From assembly GCA_002451165.1 (NCBI GenBank), contig DKBH01000003.1, positions 38,698 to 102,697 of the forward strand: 64,000 nt of DNA, given 5' to 3'. A model generated the notes under the pieces. That model was not told the DNA's origin. It ran no database searches and was given only the letters and a program-made list of their open reading frames with translations. Below, piece after piece: positions 36,710 through 46,356 of this stretch. Position 1 is the stretch's first letter; the number at the start of each line of letters is the position of its first letter. Source of the stretch: Nitrospiraceae bacterium UBA6905 (GTDB lineage Bacteria > Nitrospirota > Thermodesulfovibrionia > Thermodesulfovibrionales > UBA6898). A program made the position numbers and the translations under genes.

Positions 36710-37330
36710 ATGAAATATCAGCTGGCTGGCCGCCTTATTATAGGAATAGCATTCCTGTCACTGACCACTTCCTGCGCTGCAACCAAGACCCTGCATGTAT
36801 GGAGGGATGACCAGTACAAGCAACGACTCCATAAGGTCCTGATCATCGCGGTAGCGGAACAAGACTACATGAAAGACCACTTTGAAAATGTCCTTGCCGA
36901 ACAGCTGGAGGCGCGGGGCATAGAAGCTGTGCCCGGGAACAAGGTATTTCCCAAGACCAATGCTAAGCTCGAACGGGATGCGGTTGTGGCCAAGGTGAAG
37001 GAATTGGGCATTGGCAACGTTCTGATCGGCCGTTCCGTCAGCAAAAAAGAGGTCTCTCAGCTCACCCCGGGAGGGGTCTATTTTATACCCGTGGATTTTT
37101 ATAGTGATTATTACGGTTTTTATACCAATTCCTTCGTTGCAGTGAGGGTGCCCGGCGTGGCCTATGATGCAGAATACTTCAATATCCTGACGAATGTATA
37201 TGATGCAGGCACCGAGAAACTGATCTGGTCTTATCTTTCACAAGTCAAGGTAGAGGGGTCTCGGGAGGGTGCTATCAACCCCTTTATCGATATCCTTATA
37301 AAACAGCTTCGAGACAGTGGACTCATTTAG
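36710..37330 (+). CDS. Hypothetical lipoprotein (DUF4136-like)
   Basis: RBS AAGGAG 11 nt upstream. Lipobox LSLTTSC. Confidence 0.5.
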   Translation: MKYQLAGRLIIGIAFLSLTTSCAATKTLHVWRDDQYKQRLHKVLIIAVAEQDYMKDHFENVLAEQLEARGIEAVPGNKVFPKTNAKLERDAVVAKVKELGIGNVLIGRSVSKKEVSQLTPGGVYFIPVDFYSDYYGFYTNSFVAVRVPGVAYDAEYFNILTNVYDAGTEKLIWSYLSQVKVEGSREGAINPFIDILIKQLRDSGLI

Positions 37331-37396
37331 TTCCTTTATAGCACGTATGCAGGAACTCCCGGGGAGAGAGAATGTGCGACAAGAGGAAAAACTATC

Positions 37397-37873
37397 ATGA
37401 CAAGGGTTCTGTTGCACGGATATGATCTTGCAAAGCGTAATCCCATGAGGAGTCTTCTCGTTGCGGTTATGATCATAAGTTCGGTATTCCTCGCTTCTTG
37501 TCAGGATCCGGATAAGGATCTTCTCCAGGGAAGGTGGAAGACCACAGAAATTCTTACTGATGGAACAGAACGGTACCTCCCTGACGAAATGGAGTTCTTC
37601 TCGGACAGCACCATGACCATGCCGGGATTTGCCGACAGGAGAATGCCGTTCAAGACCGATCTTACAGAGGACGAAAAGAAGCAGATCCGGGAACACTATC
37701 CTGAGCTGCTGGGAAAGAATCTCCTGCTCATCAAGCTTGATCCCGAGGAGAAGGACTGGTCGCAGAGTGCGGTCTATCAGTTTACGGTTGCCGGCGATGA
37801 ACTTACGTTACGCTCGATTACCGATAACCGGGCAGTTTTGTTCCGGAAAGTGCCGTCCGGAGCGGGAAAATAA
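37397..37873 (+). CDS. Hypothetical lipoprotein
   Basis: RBS gaggaa upstream of the ATG at 37397. Lipobox VFLASC. Confidence 0.45.
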   Translation: MTRVLLHGYDLAKRNPMRSLLVAVMIISSVFLASCQDPDKDLLQGRWKTTEILTDGTERYLPDEMEFFSDSTMTMPGFADRRMPFKTDLTEDEKKQIREHYPELLGKNLLLIKLDPEEKDWSQSAVYQFTVAGDELTLRSITDNRAVLFRKVPSGAGK

Positions 37874-37928
37874 GTTTACGCCTACCGGCTGAAGTCTCCG
37901 GCAGACGTTCATGAAATAAACGTGAAAC

Positions 37929-38702
37929 TCAATCTCTGGCCAGTTCCTCCACAAATCGTTCGACAAGAGCTGCGAGATACTCTATATCGATGTGATCCGA
38001 AGCGCTGCGGTCGAAGTGGAGCTTACAGGCTGCGGCGAATTCCTCGTCCGCCTGCCAGAAGGAAAGGTAGCAGGGGATATGAGGCAGAAGGTCAAACCTA
38101 AAGCTGACGTCTGCCTTGACCCGGCCGACGGTCTCCCTACCGCCCAGTTCCAAGCTGCGCTGTTTCAGGCCCGCGAGGTCTGAGCCGAAACGGCTGCTGA
38201 TCTTGCCTTCTGCGCTGGCCTGGAATGCCTTGACATGCGACGCGGTATGAGGAAAGTGGCCAAGGGTGATCAACTCTCCGCGTAACGAACTCGCTCCTTT
38301 CCTGCGCAGGTAATCGTAGATGATAATCTTTGCCCAGACGTCCCTGCTGGGCAGACCGTTCTCAAACAAGCCTTCTTTACGGAAAACGTATTCGCGATTG
38401 AGCATCCTGACAGTTATGGATTCTTTGCCATCGACTTCTCCAAACCTGCATTCCGTCGCCTCTGCAGCTTCCCGGAAATCCATCGCAACAACCTCTTTTT
38501 CCAGCGCAGCGGCAACCTGATCAAAACTGCTGAAAGGCCCTCGACCTTTTTCGGGATGCTCGGCAGCCGCTTCGGCTGCAACATAGGGACATTCCGAGAT
38601 TAGCGCCTGCGCGTTCTTCACCTTGAGCGCAAAGGCCATGCAGGTCGGCAGACCACATCTGCCGCAGTTGGTTCCGGGGAGCTTCTTATAGATATCGATC
38701 AT
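37929..38702 (-). CDS. Fe-S-binding N-terminal domain + DUF3786 protein
   Basis: KKLPGTNCGRCGLPTCMAFALKV is the putative Fe-S cluster motif seen in CFeSP/RnfB N-termini. The remainder resembles DUF3786. Confidence 0.65.
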   Translation of the reverse strand: MIDIYKKLPGTNCGRCGLPTCMAFALKVKNAQALISECPYVAAEAAAEHPEKGRGPFSSFDQVAAALEKEVVAMDFREAAEATECRFGEVDGKESITVRMLNREYVFRKEGLFENGLPSRDVWAKIIIYDYLRRKGASSLRGELITLGHFPHTASHVKAFQASAEGKISSRFGSDLAGLKQRSLELGGRETVGRVKADVSFRFDLLPHIPCYLSFWQADEEFAAACKLHFDRSASDHIDIEYLAALVERFVEELARD

Positions 38703-38935
38703 GACGACGGTTCATTTGAGACGCGTTATGAGCAAAGGCTCAGCATAGTACCGAGCAGCAAGCTTTCATGATTCTATTATCAACGAACATCCCGTTTATG
38801 TTCAATCAGGCGCGGACAGTGGATACAAAAGAAACTGCGAGGAGCCATCTTTTCAGTCGCTTTCCCTGACAGGAGGATAGCAGAAGGCGTTTCGGCGTTA
38901 GCATAAAGGGCTTGTTGATGCCCGGTGCGCTGACT

Positions 38936-39844
38936 TCAGGTTGCCGTCGACCAGCAGCGAGAGACGTACCCTATCAGCTTATAGATCAGCTTGGCTATGA
39001 CAAACTGGGGATATAAGAGTCCCTCTATGGGAGACAGCTCTGTTACATCGAAGCCGACGATACGCCGTTTTTCAGCGATGCGCCGCAGAAACGACATGCT
39101 TTCATCCCAAGCGAACCCGCCCGGTTCGGGTGTCCCTACCGCCGGCATGAGCGCAGGATCAAAGAAATCGCAGTCAAGAGAGAGGTAGACATTTTCCTTG
39201 AGACCATCGATGACCACATCGTGCCAGGCATCCGGCTCCGGGCCATATTGACCGCTTCTGAGAGCAACGGCGTAAAACGTATTGATCTTCTTGAGTTTGA
39301 TGAAGTCAGCTTCTTCCTTGCATTGACTCCGTATGCCGACCTGTACGATATTCTTATTGAACTCATACACCCGGGCCATGACACAGGCATGACTGTATCT
39401 GTTCCCTTCGTATTCGTCCCTGAGGTCTGAGTGAGCATCGAGCTGAAGAAAAGACATGTCCGGATAATGCGCGGCATGGGCGCGGGCCGCGCCGATGGAA
39501 ATCGTATGTTCTCCGCCGATGCAGACCACGAACTTGTCTTCCCCGATGAACGTATGCACTTTTTTCTCTATCGATTCCACGGCAGCGGAGTCCTTTCCGT
39601 CTAGGTCAAGGGCTTCCGCCGTGGCGATGCCTCCGGCCACTTTGTAGATTTCCGTATCTAACTCCTCGTCATATAACTCAACCTGCGCCGAAGCATCTAT
39701 CACCGATGCCGGACCTGAAGCTGTACCTTTCCCGAAGCTGGTCGTCTGTTCATAGGGTACGGGAAGGATTACTACCCGAGATCGGTCGAACGCTGACCAG
39801 GCCTCCGGAAGACCCAGAAAATTATTCGACCGAAAGGATGTCAC
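38936..39844 (-). CDS. speB: Agmatinase
   Basis: Arginase-family motifs [15 protein letters not shown] and SLDCDFFDP. Lies in a polyamine operon. Confidence 0.9.
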   Translation of the reverse strand: MTSFRSNNFLGLPEAWSAFDRSRVVILPVPYEQTTSFGKGTASGPASVIDASAQVELYDEELDTEIYKVAGGIATAEALDLDGKDSAAVESIEKKVHTFIGEDKFVVCIGGEHTISIGAARAHAAHYPDMSFLQLDAHSDLRDEYEGNRYSHACVMARVYEFNKNIVQVGIRSQCKEEADFIKLKKINTFYAVALRSGQYGPEPDAWHDVVIDGLKENVYLSLDCDFFDPALMPAVGTPEPGGFAWDESMSFLRRIAEKRRIVGFDVTELSPIEGLLYPQFVIAKLIYKLIGYVSRCWSTAT

Positions 39845-40935
39845 GGGTTTTTCTCAGTTTCCGAATACTTTTTGAGGAGATTTCGGTAGAGCAGTTCGAG
39901 TCGGTCATACAGGCGGGAAGCGGGCCGGGGTGCGCACGAGGCAACGGCGTATGCCGTGAGGAGCGGTAGGACGATGGTAGAGTCAGCATAACAGACGACC
40001 GCGTCGGGGAGCTGTTCAGGATCGACCTTGCCCCAGGTCACGGCTTCACCGGGCGTGGCGCCCGAAAGGCCGCCCGTATCCGGACGGGCATCAGTGATCT
40101 GGAGATAGTAATCATGGCCTGCCCCTTCTATCCCTAATATCTCCTGAATATGGGGCTCAGTCTGAAGGAGAAAATTCTTCGGTGAGCCGCCCCCCAGCAT
40201 CAGGAGCGCGCTTTTGCCCCTTTCCTTCGCATGCAGAACAATGGCGGCGGTCTCATTTACGTCCCGGGCCACATCGAGGCGGAGGCCGCAGCCGTCCAGG
40301 GCAAGTCGCGCAACATTCATTCCTATGGAACTGTCTCCCGGGGATGAGGTGTATATGGGCACGCCGGCCCGGTAAGCCGCTGCAAGGACACTTACTTTAC
40401 CAACGCCGGGCAGGGATTCCAGCTCATTGACATACCTCCCGATCCGGTGATGAAACTCGGCCGTCGACATCTCTCTGTTGAACTCGTCCTCGCAGAGTAT
40501 TTTGCGGTAGAAGGTGTCCGTCGAGAGAAGGACTTCATAATCGAACAGGATATCGTAGATACGGATAACGCCTTCCTCCCGAAGCTTGCGGTCATCGAGA
40601 AAGGGGCTTCCGGGGTACATGGTGAGCCCCAGGGCAAAATGGGTATCGTGATAAAGGTTTGCACCGGTGCTCACGATCCAGTCGATAAAACCTGCCTCGA
40701 TAAGGGGAATAAGGGATGACATGCCGAGCCCGGCCGGTGTGAGGGCGCCCGTGATGCTCAGCCCGACCGTAACATCGGGTTCGAGCATCTTGCGTGTAAA
40801 GAGGCGGCATGCCTCGCGAAGGCGTCCGGCGTTATACGCCAGAAAGGTCTCGTCAATCAGCTCGGCAGCCGAGATGCCGCGGACGATCTCCTTCGGTCTG
40901 ATAGGTTTTCCCCTGAGGTGACCGCTCTTGCTCAT
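39841..40935 (-). CDS. Deoxyhypusine synthase-like protein (probable homospermidine synthase type)
   Basis: [14 protein letters not shown]...[14 protein letters not shown]...GGGSPKNF is the DHS family pattern. The start MSKSGHL lies 7 nt after the pdaD stop. Confidence 0.8.
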   Translation of the reverse strand: MSKSGHLRGKPIRPKEIVRGISAAELIDETFLAYNAGRLREACRLFTRKMLEPDVTVGLSITGALTPAGLGMSSLIPLIEAGFIDWIVSTGANLYHDTHFALGLTMYPGSPFLDDRKLREEGVIRIYDILFDYEVLLSTDTFYRKILCEDEFNREMSTAEFHHRIGRYVNELESLPGVGKVSVLAAAYRAGVPIYTSSPGDSSIGMNVARLALDGCGLRLDVARDVNETAAIVLHAKERGKSALLMLGGGSPKNFLLQTEPHIQEILGIEGAGHDYYLQITDARPDTGGLSGATPGEAVTWGKVDPEQLPDAVVCYADSTIVLPLLTAYAVASCAPRPASRLYDRLELLYRNLLKKYSETEKNP

Positions 40936-40942
40936 GATGAGC

Positions 40943-41494
40943 TCACGGTATAAGGACAGCTGCTGCCACGACCGTTGTCCAGACACTCTGTGTGCCTACG
41001 CTGGTCTGTGTCACATTGCGTGTCTTGACGATCTGGTCGCTCAACTTCCACTGGTCGAGCCTTTTGTTGTAGCTCTCATTCACGTCGAATTCTACGCCGA
41101 GTATGGTTGCCAGCATCTGTGCTGCGATGTCCTCAGCATAGTCTCCGGTCGTTTTATCGTCGTCGCCGAAACTGTGGTGCTCAGAGAGATATCCGATATG
41201 GCTCCGGTCCTTGGGGATTGCAATGCCGATGGAAGCACCGATGAGGCGGTGACGTTCATTGGTGGCAGACTCGGCAAGGACGGCGTGCACGATTTGTCCG
41301 GGTGACAGTTCTTTTATCCCCTTTTTCATGGTGATGATCTCGCAGTGCGGAGGAAAGATGCTCGAAACCCTGACGATATTGAACGGGGCGAGCTTTGCAT
41401 CACGGAGCGCAAGCTCGAAGCTGACCAGTTTCTCCTTGCTCTTGCCAACCCCCTTTGTGAGGAACATCTTGGAAGCTACATACATGCCGGGCAT
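40943..41494 (-). CDS. pdaD: Pyruvoyl-dependent arginine decarboxylase
   Basis: [23 protein letters not shown]...[11 protein letters not shown], containing the SS self-cleavage site typical of PdaD. Confidence 0.85.
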   Translation of the reverse strand: MPGMYVASKMFLTKGVGKSKEKLVSFELALRDAKLAPFNIVRVSSIFPPHCEIITMKKGIKELSPGQIVHAVLAESATNERHRLIGASIGIAIPKDRSHIGYLSEHHSFGDDDKTTGDYAEDIAAQMLATILGVEFDVNESYNKRLDQWKLSDQIVKTRNVTQTSVGTQSVWTTVVAAAVLIP

Positions 41495-41670
41495 CTCCTT
41501 TCAGGAATTCCGTGACATCGTACCGCACATGAAAAATATCATACGTCACAAAAACGGTAAAGCGCAACAGCAAAGCAACAGCTGCGGCGCGTGTGCAAGC
41601 TCGACCGGCACGAAAAGGGTCTGATCAGTCCTGTTATCCGGTTACTCTTCAGGTGTGATAGAATCAGGCC

Positions 41671-42762
41671 ATGGGAAATGACGGATTAACGCTTACGGGC
41701 AGTATTCTCATCTACCGGCTCTATGACGTTGCCTGGGATATTGACCTGAAAAAGGTCGAAGAACGGGTGCGGGAGTTCAAACGCCAGAGCATCGAAAGGA
41801 AACGCTTCAGCAAGGCCTTCGAATTTGCAAACCCTCCGCTTTCCCTGAAGCTCAAGTCCTTTGAAAAGACCCTGAGCGGAAAACAGTACCTCATCAATGC
41901 CTATGCCAAGGCCTATGATTACGGAGTGCTGACCATCATTTTCGAGCTGCCGATAAAAGAGATGGAGATAATGGAATTTGAAGCGCTCGCAAGGATCATC
42001 GACGAGCCGTTACAGGAGGACTTTCTGCAGGAGCTCGACCATCTTGTCTGCGACCTCGGGGATGCTCTCCACAACATTAACCGGCAAAAGATGGCGGAGG
42101 ACTATACCGTCTACTACTGGCGTCATTCAGCGCCTCCTGCTTCTGCGGATGACCTTATGAGGACGCTCGATGTCGGCAGCCTCCTTCTTTACGAGGAGGG
42201 AGAGATCCCTCCCAAAAGGGCGACCACGGAGCAACTGCTCTCTGTTAATTTTTCCTATTCTGACCATGACCTGGTTGTTCTGAGCTGGGACAGGGCCTTC
42301 GTGCTTGAACCGAGTGGAAGTATGGATATCCCCGACCTCCTTGAGTTCGCCAATGCCCAGCTCCTAGAACTGAGGGTATACGATGATATGGTCGACCGGG
42401 AGCTTAACAGCATTAATGAACGCCTCATGACAGAAGTCCCGCCTTCCATATGGAAGATCAAACGCTATGAGAAGCTTGCTGCTCGAGCGATGCGCACGGT
42501 CATGGACCTGACCGGCATCACCGAAAAGATCGATAACTCCCTCAAGGTGACCGAGGACGTTTACTACGCGAGAATCTACTCCTCCGCCCTTTCCCTTTTT
42601 AAGGTCAAGGAATGGGAAACGAGCATTGAAAGAAAAATCATCATCGTGTCGCGGGTCTATGACATGCTGTACCGTGAGATAGCGAACAAGAGGACAGAAC
42701 TTCTTGAGGTCATCATCATCGTCCTCATCGCCGTCGAGATCCTGTTGTTCCTCATGATGTAG
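41671..42762 (+). CDS. RMD1/YagE-like (DUF155-like) protein with a C-terminal TM helix
   Basis: Overall layout and the terminal hydrophobic helix LLEVIIIVLIAVEILLFLMM. The family assignment is from memory only. Confidence 0.4.
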   Translation: MGNDGLTLTGSILIYRLYDVAWDIDLKKVEERVREFKRQSIERKRFSKAFEFANPPLSLKLKSFEKTLSGKQYLINAYAKAYDYGVLTIIFELPIKEMEIMEFEALARIIDEPLQEDFLQELDHLVCDLGDALHNINRQKMAEDYTVYYWRHSAPPASADDLMRTLDVGSLLLYEEGEIPPKRATTEQLLSVNFSYSDHDLVVLSWDRAFVLEPSGSMDIPDLLEFANAQLLELRVYDDMVDRELNSINERLMTEVPPSIWKIKRYEKLAARAMRTVMDLTGITEKIDNSLKVTEDVYYARIYSSALSLFKVKEWETSIERKIIIVSRVYDMLYREIANKRTELLEVIIIVLIAVEILLFLMM

Positions 42763-42956
42763 GTACTGGTGAGGAATCGCCGCCCGGAAAGACAGGGGAG
42801 GCGGTGTCGACTTCTGTCAGAGATAGACGATATCTTCCGCAAGCCCGCTGAGGCCTTCTGCAATCTCTTGATTTCCGATGCGATGCGTCATTAAGGTAGA
42901 ATTAATAGGGCAAGTTTTCCTGAAGCAATTATATCGAAACTGTGGGGTATACAAAT

Positions 42957-43811
42957 ATGAGAAGAGGTTTTTTTATCGGCGATTTTGAGTTCATATGGCT
43001 CAATGGGGGCATGTTCGCACTGGATGGCGGTGCAATGTTCGGTGTAGTTCCGAAAGCCTTATGGGCGCGGAAGTATCCGGTAGACGAAGATAATACCATT
43101 CCTATGGTTGCCTGGCCGCTCCTAATCAAAACCCCTGAGTCACTGGTTATCATAGAAACAGGGCTGGGAAACAAGCTGACAGACAAGCAGAAGAAGATAT
43201 TCAGGGTGAAGGAAGAATGGAACCTGCTTGCCGACTTACGTGACCTCGGCATAGCGAGAGAGGATATCAGTCATGTGATCCTGACCCATTACGATTTTGA
43301 TCACGCCGGCGGCGTGGTAATGCGGGAAGAATCCGGATCGTTCTGCCTTACTTTTCCCAGAGCAAAGCATTATATTCAGACAACAGAATGGGAAGACGTC
43401 CTGCGTCCGAATATCCGCTCCATTAATACCTACTGGCCCATTAATAATGAACTCCTCAAGGGGACCCCGAATCTCGAACTCGTGAACGGGGAGTCCGAGG
43501 TTGTCAAAGGTATCAGGGTAATCCATACAGGAGGACATACCAAGGGATACCAGATAGTGACCATGGAATCACAAGGACAGTCGGCAGTCTATCCGTGCGA
43601 TCTTTTGCCAACACACGCACACTTCAATCCTCTGTGGGTTATGGCCTATGATAATTTCCCTTTAGATTCGATTCAACAGAAAGAAGATATCGAAAGAGTT
43701 TATCTCGCTCAGGAGGCATGGTTCATCTTCTACCATGATCCTTTCGTCCCTGCCTGCAAGTTTGACCTACAAGGAAATATCGTAATAAAGTGGACTGGAG
43801 AGCATGCGTAA
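42957..43811 (+). CDS. MBL-fold metallo-hydrolase
   Basis: VILTHYDFDHAGG (variant HxHxDH) and a later HTGGHTKG motif. Confidence 0.75.
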   Translation: MRRGFFIGDFEFIWLNGGMFALDGGAMFGVVPKALWARKYPVDEDNTIPMVAWPLLIKTPESLVIIETGLGNKLTDKQKKIFRVKEEWNLLADLRDLGIAREDISHVILTHYDFDHAGGVVMREESGSFCLTFPRAKHYIQTTEWEDVLRPNIRSINTYWPINNELLKGTPNLELVNGESEVVKGIRVIHTGGHTKGYQIVTMESQGQSAVYPCDLLPTHAHFNPLWVMAYDNFPLDSIQQKEDIERVYLAQEAWFIFYHDPFVPACKFDLQGNIVIKWTGEHA

Positions 43812-43918
43812 TTTCCGGGCGCCTTTTCTGTTTGGCCAAGATTTTTCCATAGAGTGATCATTCAGTCATAACATTTTTACGTTATTATTCAGGAGGTTAT
43901 ACGTATCACAATTTTTAA

Positions 43919-43958
43919 TTGACAAAAGTACTACAGATGTACTACATTTGTAGTATAT
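43919..43958 (+). promoter_or_regulatory. Candidate promoter with operator repeats upstream of the RHH gene
   Basis: TTGACA at 43919-24. Direct repeat GTACTACA at 43928 and 43939 (11 bp phasing). Inverted repeat TACTACA-tt-TGTAGTA at 43940-43955. Confidence 0.4.
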
Positions 43959-43978
43959 CCAAGATGTCAGGAGGTTCA

Positions 43979-44347
43979 ATGAAGCTGAAACCCATAACGT
44001 TGAGGCTGGATGAAGAAGAATACGAGAAATTGAAAAAATATCTTGACGAATTCGGCGATCCTGATATTAATGTTGCCTTCATAATACGATCTTATATCCG
44101 GGACCTCAACAGGGCTTTACCTTTCATGCTAACATCAGGCATGGATCTGAAGAACTATTTTGGCATGCTCGGTTCCTGGCTCAAACAGGTCGGTTCCATG
44201 ACCGATGCCGATCTCTACTCCAAGATGATGAATCCATGGGCATTATGGAATATGCCCGGGGCAACTTCGCAAAAGCCGGCGGAGCCGGGTGAAGATTCAG
44301 GACAGGAAGAAGCGGCAAAAGGTCACGGGATCAAACAGCACGATTGA
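43979..44347 (+). CDS. Ribbon-helix-helix (CopG-like) protein, probable regulator of the PHA locus
   Basis: RBS caggagg. MKLKPITLRLDEEEYEKLKKYL is a typical RHH N-terminus. Confidence 0.55.
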   Translation: MKLKPITLRLDEEEYEKLKKYLDEFGDPDINVAFIIRSYIRDLNRALPFMLTSGMDLKNYFGMLGSWLKQVGSMTDADLYSKMMNPWALWNMPGATSQKPAEPGEDSGQEEAAKGHGIKQHD

Positions 44348-44395
44348 CACGTACAAAAGTGACAACCAGACTGCTCATAATAAAAAGGAGAAGCT

Positions 44396-44839
44396 ATGTT
44401 TAACGACGACTGTGACACAAGAATGAATGACCTTTTTGCCAATCCTCTCTTCAAAATGGGATTTTTCGATTTCCTCCTGAAGATGCAGCAGGAAGGGATA
44501 GATGCGGCAAGAAAGTATTGGATGATGTACGCGGAAAAAAACAGCCTGTTTCCGAATGTCCTCGAAACGTACGAACGGATGGCCGACTTTTATATCATTC
44601 TCGGTTTCGTGCCGAGGTCTCGGCACGATCAAGTCCTCAAAGATAACAAGAGCCTGAAGGAAGAAAACAAATTTCTGAGAGATACGATACGTGAACTGCA
44701 GTTCAATCTTTTTACCGAGGGCGGCGAGGCCGCACAGAACCTTTGGCATAAAAGCATCGACAAACAGCTGGAAGTAAACAAGGAAATTGCAAGAAATTTC
44801 TTTGAGCTCTTCAGATCTTTAAAACTGAGTACGGAGTAG
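44396..44839 (+). CDS. PhaE/PhaR-like small coiled-coil protein (PHA-granule associated)
   Basis: RBS aaaggag. The FVPRSRHDQVLKDNKSLKEENKFLRDTIRELQ motif resembles the conserved PhaE/PhaR C-terminal motif. Confidence 0.45.
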   Translation: MFNDDCDTRMNDLFANPLFKMGFFDFLLKMQQEGIDAARKYWMMYAEKNSLFPNVLETYERMADFYIILGFVPRSRHDQVLKDNKSLKEENKFLRDTIRELQFNLFTEGGEAAQNLWHKSIDKQLEVNKEIARNFFELFRSLKLSTE

Positions 44840-44865
44840 ACTGCTCCTGATTGTCACGGCTTCAG

Positions 44866-44882
44866 ATCAGTATTTTACTGAT
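44866..44882. promoter_or_regulatory. Palindrome ATCAGTA-ttt-TACTGAT upstream of the phasin-like gene
   Basis: Perfect 7 bp arms located 34 nt upstream of the ATG at 44916, next to TATATT and TATAAA -10-like boxes. Confidence 0.3.
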
Positions 44883-44915
44883 TATATTATTCTATAAACG
44901 GTTGAGGTGAAGAGT

Positions 44916-45266
44916 ATGGAAAAGATGATGGAATATTTTGACGTATGGATGAAGTCTCAGAAGGATATTATGGAGAAATGGTCAGAATCTCAGAAAGGCA
45001 TGATGGAGAACTGGAGTGAGGTGACAAGGAAGTTCCAGGAATCCCTTGCATCCATGGGCGGTTCCCAGGAAGGTCCTGCAAAAGAGATGATCACCCTTTA
45101 CAATTCATGGTTGACAACAACGATAAATTCTTCGAAGAGTTTTGCCCAGGAGATTGAAAAGATGCAGGAGACGTGGAAGAGCACGGTCGAGAAGCAGATG
45201 GAGATGAGCAGGGAGATCGTAAAGAAAATGACGGAGCTGTTCAAGCAGGCCGGGCAGAAGTCATAA
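44916..45266 (+). CDS. Phasin-like protein
   Basis: Small, Met/Lys/Glu-rich and helical. The N-terminus (MEYFDVWMKSQKDIMEKW) parallels the PhaE N-terminus (QNYFDAWRKSQEQVF). Confidence 0.5.
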   Translation: MEKMMEYFDVWMKSQKDIMEKWSESQKGMMENWSEVTRKFQESLASMGGSQEGPAKEMITLYNSWLTTTINSSKSFAQEIEKMQETWKSTVEKQMEMSREIVKKMTELFKQAGQKS

Positions 45267-45291
45267 GACCACCGCGGAGAGGAGATATTTC

Positions 45292-46356
45292 ATGGAACGT
45301 ACCCAGAATTATTTTGATGCCTGGCGCAAGTCGCAGGAGCAGGTTTTTGGCAACCTGACCGAGATGACAAAGAAATTCCAGCAGGCTCTCCAAGGTTTCG
45401 GGGGGAATGGAGCAGGGATGCCGTTCGTTGGCGGATTCCAAGATCTTTATACCTCCTGGACTACGTCGGTATTAAATGCTTTGAAGGGCGCAGAAACAAC
45501 CGACATAAACCTTCTGCGGGAGACCCTTTCCAAAACTCTTGCCGGATCCCATGCCTACCTGAAGCTCTATGAAATATGGCTCCCTCTCTTTAAAGCAATA
45601 CAGGAAAGGGCTGCAAGTCCCGATTCCTACAAGGAGCTGGCTGATCCGGCAAAATACCAGGAGATGCTAAACCATATCTTCGGTTTTGCTCCCGACACAA
45701 CGTCGAGGATCAGCGAGCAGGCCTCAAAGCTCCTTGAAACCCTTGCAGGGTCGTCTCAGGGCTTTACGAGACCCTGGATGGACGCCTATGGAGCGACGCT
45801 CAAGTCTTTTCCCAACGTGTTGGAGGGCCACCCCGAAGAGTTCATGAAGATATTCCATACGTTATTCAGCGCCTTTGACAGTACGGTTGGGAGGGCATTT
45901 CATGTCCCGGCTGTGGGGAAGGACAGGGAGAAGATCGAACTTCTCCTCAGGAGTCTCGACGATCTTTCCGTGTATCTCGCGAGAAAGACCGAATACGAGC
46001 ACATGATGTACATCACGGGCATCGGGGCGTTCGAAAAGGTAATCGCGACGGTTGCGGACAAGGTCGGCAAGGGGGAGAAACTCAAGAAATTCGCTGAATT
46101 CTTCGACCTCTGGCTTGACGTGAGTGAGAAGGCGTACTACGCGCTCTTCCAGACAGAAGAATTCTCGAAGAGGCAGGGGCAATTGCTTGAAGCGTCTCTG
46201 AATGTGCGACAGCACTTCTTTAAGTTAATGGAACTCTATCTCTACGATTTTCCTATCGCACTCCGTTCGGAAATGGATGATCTCTACAAGACGATCTACG
46301 ACCTGAAGAAGAAAGTGAAAAACCTCGAAAAACAGGTCGGGGAGGCACGCGCATGA
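45292..46356 (+). CDS. phaE: Class III PHA synthase subunit PhaE
   Basis: Size of about 354 aa. N-terminal YFDAWRKSQE. C-terminal LRSEMDDLYKTIYDLKKKVKNLEKQV motif. ATGA overlap with phaC. Confidence 0.8.
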   Translation: MERTQNYFDAWRKSQEQVFGNLTEMTKKFQQALQGFGGNGAGMPFVGGFQDLYTSWTTSVLNALKGAETTDINLLRETLSKTLAGSHAYLKLYEIWLPLFKAIQERAASPDSYKELADPAKYQEMLNHIFGFAPDTTSRISEQASKLLETLAGSSQGFTRPWMDAYGATLKSFPNVLEGHPEEFMKIFHTLFSAFDSTVGRAFHVPAVGKDREKIELLLRSLDDLSVYLARKTEYEHMMYITGIGAFEKVIATVADKVGKGEKLKKFAEFFDLWLDVSEKAYYALFQTEEFSKRQGQLLEASLNVRQHFFKLMELYLYDFPIALRSEMDDLYKTIYDLKKKVKNLEKQVGEARA

